A stretch of 64,000 bases of DNA from Vicinamibacteria bacterium (GTDB lineage Bacteria > Acidobacteriota > Vicinamibacteria > Marinacidobacterales > Marinacidobacteraceae). Numbering within the stretch: position 1 is the first letter of the stretch; every line of letters starts with the position of its first letter. The translations under genes and the position numbers were made by a program. The stretch is taken from positions 256,001 through 320,000 of the forward strand of contig OZ241322.1 in the NCBI GenBank assembly GCA_965199715.1, given 5' to 3'. The notes below the pieces were generated by a model that did no database searches, was not told the DNA's origin, and worked only from the letters and a program-made list of their open reading frames with translations. Positions 59,442-64,000 of this stretch are shown in pieces.

Positions 59442-61260
59442 GTTGCGGCAGGAGCCCGAGGATCGCCGCCGCCGCGCCCGCGAATCGCAGCTCGGGAACC
59501 GGCGCGGCGAGGAGCGCGGCCGCCGCCAGCAGCAGCAGCCGGTTCGGGATTCCGGCGGCGCGCAGGCCGTGCCCGTAGAGCCCGATCGCGGCTGACGTGA
59601 TCGCGAGCAGGCCCATGGCGAAGGCGAGCAATTGGGCCGCTCGCGGCGGTGCGCCGGCGCCGGGGAGCAGCGGCGTATAGGCCATCAGGAGCGGAACGAG
59701 GAACAGCCCGAGCGCGAGGCGCACCGCCTGGGCCGCGGCGGCCATCGGACGCGCCCCCGCGACCCCGGCCCCGGCGAACGCGGCGAGCGCGATGGGCGGG
59801 GTCACGTTGGAGGTCTGGGAAAGCCAGAAGAGGATGAGGTGCGCGGTCAGGAGCGACAACCCGATCTCGGTGAGCGCCGGCGCCGCGACGACCGCGACCA
59901 CGATGTAGGCGGCCGTCACCGGGAGGCCCATGCCGAGCACGAGCGCCGCGGCCGCCGAAAGCCCGAGCGCGGGGAGGAGCGCCCCCTCGGCCGCGCCGAG
60001 GACGAACTCGGCGAACTGGAGCGCCACGCCGGTCTGCCCCATCACCCCCACGACGACCCCGGCGGCGGCGCAGGCGAGCGACACCGGGACCGCGGTGATC
60101 GCGCCCTTCGCGAGACCCTCGAGGAGGAGGCGCGGGCCGATCCGGGTTTCCCGGCGCAGCCAGCTCGCCAGCACGACCGCGGCGCAACCGGCGGCGCCGA
60201 CCAGCGGGGGCGAGTAGTTCAGCGCGAGAAGCGCCGCCACCACGCCGATCGCGATCAGGAAGTGGGCCCCCCGGGCCAGAACCGCGCCGAGCCGGGGCGG
60301 GTCGTCCATGGCGCGGATGCCGCGCCGCGCCGCGAACCCGTGGACGAACAGGAGAGTCCCGGCGAAGTAGAGCGTCGCCGGCAGGATCGAGATCAGGACG
60401 ATCCGCGGGTAGGGGGTGTTTGTCAGCTCCGCCATGAGGAACGCCCCGGCGCCCATGATCGGCGGCATGAGCTGGCCTCCGGTCGAGGCCGCGGCCTCGA
60501 TTCCGGCGGCCTCGGCCGGGGAGTACCCGAGCCGCTTCATCATCGGAATCGTGAGCGAGCCGGTCGTGACCGTGTTCGCGATGGCCGAGCCGGACACCGA
60601 ACCCATCGCGGCGGACGCGACCACCGCCGCCTTGGCCGGTCCGCCCCGGAACCGCCCGGCGACCGCGTACGCGGCCTCGATGAAGAAGCGCCCGCCGCCG
60701 GTGACTTCGAGCAGCGCCCCGAACAGGACGAACACGAACACGGCGCCGCTGGCCACCGAGAGCGGGAGTCCGAAGAGGCCGGCGCCGGTGAATGCCTGGA
60801 ACCGCAGGATGCGCTCCAGATCGAAGCCCCGGTGGGAGAGGAGGCCGGGAAGCTCGGCTCCGAAGCCGTTGTAAAGGAGAACCGCGCCCACGATCGCGAC
60901 CATCACCGCGCCGACCCGCCGCCGGGTCGCCTCCAGCAGCAGCCCCAGCAGGACGGTCCCGGTCAGGACGTCCAGCGGCTTCAGGCCCTCGAGGATGTGC
61001 TGGATGGACTGGCGGTCGAAGCGCAGGACGAGGATCCCGACGGCGAGCGAGAGCCCGGCGAGCGCCAGCGACAGCGTCCGCGCCGCGCCGGCCGATCGGG
61101 CCCAGTCCGAAAGGAACGCGAGCGCAAGGATCCAGGTGAGGTGGATCGGCAGCAGCCAGGTGTCCCCGAGCGAGCCCAGCGAGGACTGGTAGAGCTGGAA
61201 GAGCGACAGCCCGGCGCCGATCCAAAGGAGCGCCGGCGGGAGGCGCTCGGACGCGGACAC
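59401..61260 (-). CDS. TRAP transporter fused 4TM/12TM permease (TAXI type)
   Basis: GGPAKAAV, SGSAIAN, ASTGGQLMPPIMGA, LGMGLP and TPP. Confidence 0.93.
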   Translation of the reverse strand: MSASERLPPALLWIGAGLSLFQLYQSSLGSLGDTWLLPIHLTWILALAFLSDWARSAGAARTLSLALAGLSLAVGILVLRFDRQSIQHILEGLKPLDVLTGTVLLGLLLEATRRRVGAVMVAIVGAVLLYNGFGAELPGLLSHRGFDLERILRFQAFTGAGLFGLPLSVASGAVFVFVLFGALLEVTGGGRFFIEAAYAVAGRFRGGPAKAAVVASAAMGSVSGSAIANTVTTGSLTIPMMKRLGYSPAEAAGIEAAASTGGQLMPPIMGAGAFLMAELTNTPYPRIVLISILPATLYFAGTLLFVHGFAARRGIRAMDDPPRLGAVLARGAHFLIAIGVVAALLALNYSPPLVGAAGCAAVVLASWLRRETRIGPRLLLEGLAKGAITAVPVSLACAAAGVVVGVMGQTGVALQFAEFVLGAAEGALLPALGLSAAAALVLGMGLPVTAAYIVVAVVAAPALTEIGLSLLTAHLILFWLSQTSNVTPPIALAAFAGAGVAGARPMAAAAQAVRLALGLFLVPLLMAYTPLLPGAGAPPRAAQLLAFAMGLLAITSAAIGLYGHGLRAAGIPNRLLLLAAAALLAAPVPELRFAGAAAAILGLLPQLRGRGSSTGTAPT

Positions 61261-61263
61261 GAG

Positions 61264-62175
61264 TCAGCGCAGCGCTTGGAGCGCGCCGGGATGCGGCGGC
61301 AGGTCGCCGATGGCCATGAGCTCCCCGGGCTGGATGAAGGCGGCGTTCGGCGTCACCCGCAGGAACTCCTCGCGCCCGGCGAGAAGCGACCGCACGAGCG
61401 CGCCGGCGACCCGGTCCGGCATGTCCTCATGCACCACGAGCATGTTCCACAGCGACGGAGTGAGGGTCGGGGCCGCGACGCCCCGGTAGGCCCCCTCGGG
61501 CACGAAGAAGCCCTCGTAGGCCGGATTGCGCGCCTCGATGGCGGCGATCTCCTCGGGGGCGAAGGGGACGAGCACGAGGTCGCGGGTGAGGCCCAGCTCC
61601 ACGACCGAGCTGACCCCGAGCCCGGCGGCGAGGAAGAGCGCGTCGAGCCGCCCGTCCTTCATCGCGTTGATGCTCTGGGTGTAGTTGAGCTGCCGCACGC
61701 GCAGGTCGTCCGGGCCGATCCCCAGAGCGTCCAGCACGTTCCACGAAGTGACCTGGTTTCCTGATCCCGGCGGGCCGACCGAGACCCGCTTGCCGTGGAG
61801 ATCGGCGACGCTCTCGACGCCGCGCCCCCGGACGCTCAGCAGGTGCACCACGTTCGGGTAGAGCCGGGCGAGGATCCGCACCGGCAGCGGATCGGGAAAG
61901 CGGCCCCGCCCGACGACGGCGTCGGCGACCGCGTCCGCCTGGCTGAACCCGACGTCGCTCTCCTTGCGGGCGACCTGGATCAGGTTCGTGACCGAACCGG
62001 CGGTGACCTCCGCCTTCACCACGAGCCCCGGAAGATCCTCAGTCCAGCGGCTCGCGAGCGCGCCGCCGAGCGGGTAGTACACGCCGGCGGTGGTGCCGGT
62101 CGCGACCGCGAGCGGGCGCGCCTCGCCCCCGCAGCCGAGCGCGGCGAGGAGCGCGAGGGGAAGGAGCGGCCTCAC
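61264..62175 (-). CDS. TAXI family TRAP solute-binding lipoprotein
   Basis: Lipobox ALGC; ATGTTAGVYYPLG, GSVTN, GKRVSVGPPGSG and HPGA. Confidence 0.93.
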   Translation of the reverse strand: MRPLLPLALLAALGCGGEARPLAVATGTTAGVYYPLGGALASRWTEDLPGLVVKAEVTAGSVTNLIQVARKESDVGFSQADAVADAVVGRGRFPDPLPVRILARLYPNVVHLLSVRGRGVESVADLHGKRVSVGPPGSGNQVTSWNVLDALGIGPDDLRVRQLNYTQSINAMKDGRLDALFLAAGLGVSSVVELGLTRDLVLVPFAPEEIAAIEARNPAYEGFFVPEGAYRGVAAPTLTPSLWNMLVVHEDMPDRVAGALVRSLLAGREEFLRVTPNAAFIQPGELMAIGDLPPHPGALQALR

Positions 62176-64000
62176 CGGCGCACCGCGTCCGAGAGGCGAT
62201 AGAGCAGCGCCAGCGCCTCCCGGGGCGACAGCGCGTCGGGATCCTGCTCGCGGAGGATCGCCGCCGCCGCGTCGGCCCCGGGATCCGGGGGCGCCGGTTC
62301 GGGAGCGGCGGCCGACGCGGCCTCGCGCGGAAGGCCGCCCAGGATGCGGTCGGCGCGCTCGACCACGGTCCTCGGGATCCCCGCGAGGCGCGCGACCTGG
62401 ATGCCGTAGCTGCGGTCGGTTCCGCCGGGGGCCACCCGCCGCAGGAACACGATCTCGTGCTCGCGCTCCTCGGCGCGCATGTGAAAGTTGACCACGCCCG
62501 CCTCGGCCTCGGCGAGCCCGGTCAGCTCGTGGTAGTGCGTCGCGAAGAGGGTCTTCATCCGCAGGCCGGGATTCCGCGCAATGTATTCGACGACCGCCTG
62601 GGCGAGCGCGAGCCCGTCGCCGGTCGCGGTGCCCCGGCCGACCTCGTCCAGAAGCACCAGGCTCGCCGGGGTCGCGTGATGCAGGATGTGGGCGGTCTCC
62701 TCCATCTCGGTGAGGAACGTGGAGCGCCCCCGCGCGAGGTCGTCCGTGGCTCCGACCCGGGCGAACACGCGGTCCACGACGGGCAGCCGGGCGCTCTCGG
62801 CCGGAACCAGCGAGCCCAACTGGGCGAGGATCACGTGGAGCGCGGTCTGGCGCAGAAACGTGCTCTTGCCGCCCATGTTGGGGCCGGTGAGCACCATGAG
62901 GAAGCCCGACTCGTCGAGGCTCAGGTCGTTCGGGACGAAGCTCTCCCCGTGAAGCGCCTCCACCACCGGATGGCGGCCGGCCCGGACCTCCAGCTCGTAC
63001 CCGTCGTGCATGTCCGGGCGGCGCCAGTCGCCGCCGGCGGCCACGTCGGCGAGACCGAACGCGACGTCGGCCTCGGCGAGCGCCGCGGCGCTCCGGAGGA
63101 TCTCCTGTCCGGACGCGCCCACCTCCTCTTCGAGCCGGGCGAAGAGGCGCGCCTCCTCCTCGAGGATCCGCTCGTTCGCGCCGTTGAGCCGGGCCTCGAA
63201 CTGCTTCAGCTCCTCGGTCACGTACCGCTCCGCCCCCACGAGGGTCTGGCGGCGGACGTAGTCGGAGGGGACGCGGTCGGAGTGGGCGCGCGCGACCTCG
63301 ATCGTGTACCCGAAGGTGTGGCTGTGACGAATCCTCAGTGACGCGACCCCGGTGCGCTGGCGCTCGCGCCCCTCGATCGCGGCGATGGCGCGGCGGCTCT
63401 CCAGCCGCAGCTCGCGCAGGGAGTCCAGCTCCTCGGAGACCCCGGCGCGGATGACCCCGGGATCGCGCGCGAGCGCCGGCGCGTCCCCGGCGATCGTCTC
63501 CTCGATCCGGAGCCGGACCGCGGGGAGGTCGTCGAGGCGGTCGCGCACGTCCCGCAGCAGCGGGGCTTCCATCCCTTCGAGGATCTCGCGGACGCGCCCC
63601 ACGGTCGCGAGCGATGCGGCGATCCGCAGGTACTCGCGCGGCCCGGCGAGGCGCAGCGACGCCCGCGACGCCAGCCGCTCAAGGTCGGCGCAATGCTGGA
63701 GGGCGTCGCGCGCCTCCCGGCGACGCTCCCCCGAGCCGACGAGCTCCTCGACCGCCTCGTGGCGGGCGCGGATCCGGTCCGCGTCGCGCAGCGGGCGCGC
63801 CAGCCGGAGCCGCAGGAGGCGGGCGCCCATTCCCGTCCGGGTCCGGTCGAGGATGCCCAGGAGCGTCTGGCCGGCGCCCGAGAGCGAGTCGAAGAGCTCG
63901 AGGTGGCGACGGGTCACCGGGTCCAGCAGCAGGGAGCCGGAGACCTCGAGCCGCCGAATCGCGCGGAGGTGGCCGAGACGCGACCGCTGGGTCTCCTCGA
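62172..64000 (-). CDS. mutS: DNA mismatch repair protein MutS (5' part beyond window)
   Basis: RHPVVE, TGPNMGGKST, STFLTEM, DEVGRGT, ATHYHEL and SYGIQVA; frame open to the window edge. Confidence 0.96.
   Translation of the reverse strand, partial: EETQRSRLGHLRAIRRLEVSGSLLLDPVTRRHLELFDSLSGAGQTLLGILDRTRTGMGARLLRLRLARPLRDADRIRARHEAVEELVGSGERRREARDALQHCADLERLASRASLRLAGPREYLRIAASLATVGRVREILEGMEAPLLRDVRDRLDDLPAVRLRIEETIAGDAPALARDPGVIRAGVSEELDSLRELRLESRRAIAAIEGRERQRTGVASLRIRHSHTFGYTIEVARAHSDRVPSDYVRRQTLVGAERYVTEELKQFEARLNGANERILEEEARLFARLEEEVGASGQEILRSAAALAEADVAFGLADVAAGGDWRRPDMHDGYELEVRAGRHPVVEALHGESFVPNDLSLDESGFLMVLTGPNMGGKSTFLRQTALHVILAQLGSLVPAESARLPVVDRVFARVGATDDLARGRSTFLTEMEETAHILHHATPASLVLLDEVGRGTATGDGLALAQAVVEYIARNPGLRMKTLFATHYHELTGLAEAEAGVVNFHMRAEEREHEIVFLRRVAPGGTDRSYGIQVARLAGIPRTVVERADRILGGLPREAASAAAPEPAPPDPGADAAAAILREQDPDALSPREALALLYRLSDAVRR

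Overview
A very GC-rich (roughly 70%+ by eye), densely packed bacterial chromosomal segment of about 55 genes. It is mostly housekeeping and metabolic: CoxD/CoxE/XdhC molybdo-hydroxylase accessory genes, an AttEFGH-like ABC/lipocalin cluster, transporters, pyk, cystathionine beta-synthase and gamma-lyase/synthase, ETF:quinone oxidoreductase, alaS, recX, rsmE, dnaJ, grpE, ald, manB/manC-like, pgsA, bamD, rpe, rsmB, fmt, def, a Cu-ATPase, gdhA, a TAXI-TRAP transporter and partial mutS. It also has three C34-anticodon tRNAs (Val-CAC, Arg-CCT, Gly-CCC). BamD indicates a diderm; an Acidobacteriota-like origin is my inference only. I saw no CRISPR array, integrase or transposase. The only foreign-looking tract is a ~1.1 kb, less GC-rich, decayed gene (30953-31967) resembling a type IIG/N6-methyltransferase remnant. 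Points worth follow-up: (1) a swivel-first fused LeuD-LeuC aconitase coupled to an ETF-QO with only three cluster cysteines; (2) an in-frame AttH-PuuD-like fusion with its own internal promoter and RBS; (3) pervasive -10-only, apparently leaderless and bidirectional promoters, some reusing upstream TAG stop codons; (4) a non-RD soluble zinc-ribbon kinase plus a kinase-less PASTA protein; (5) a MeaB-epimerase fusion; (6) eukaryote-like GDH and UGPase. All calls come from motif recognition by eye; no database searches were run.
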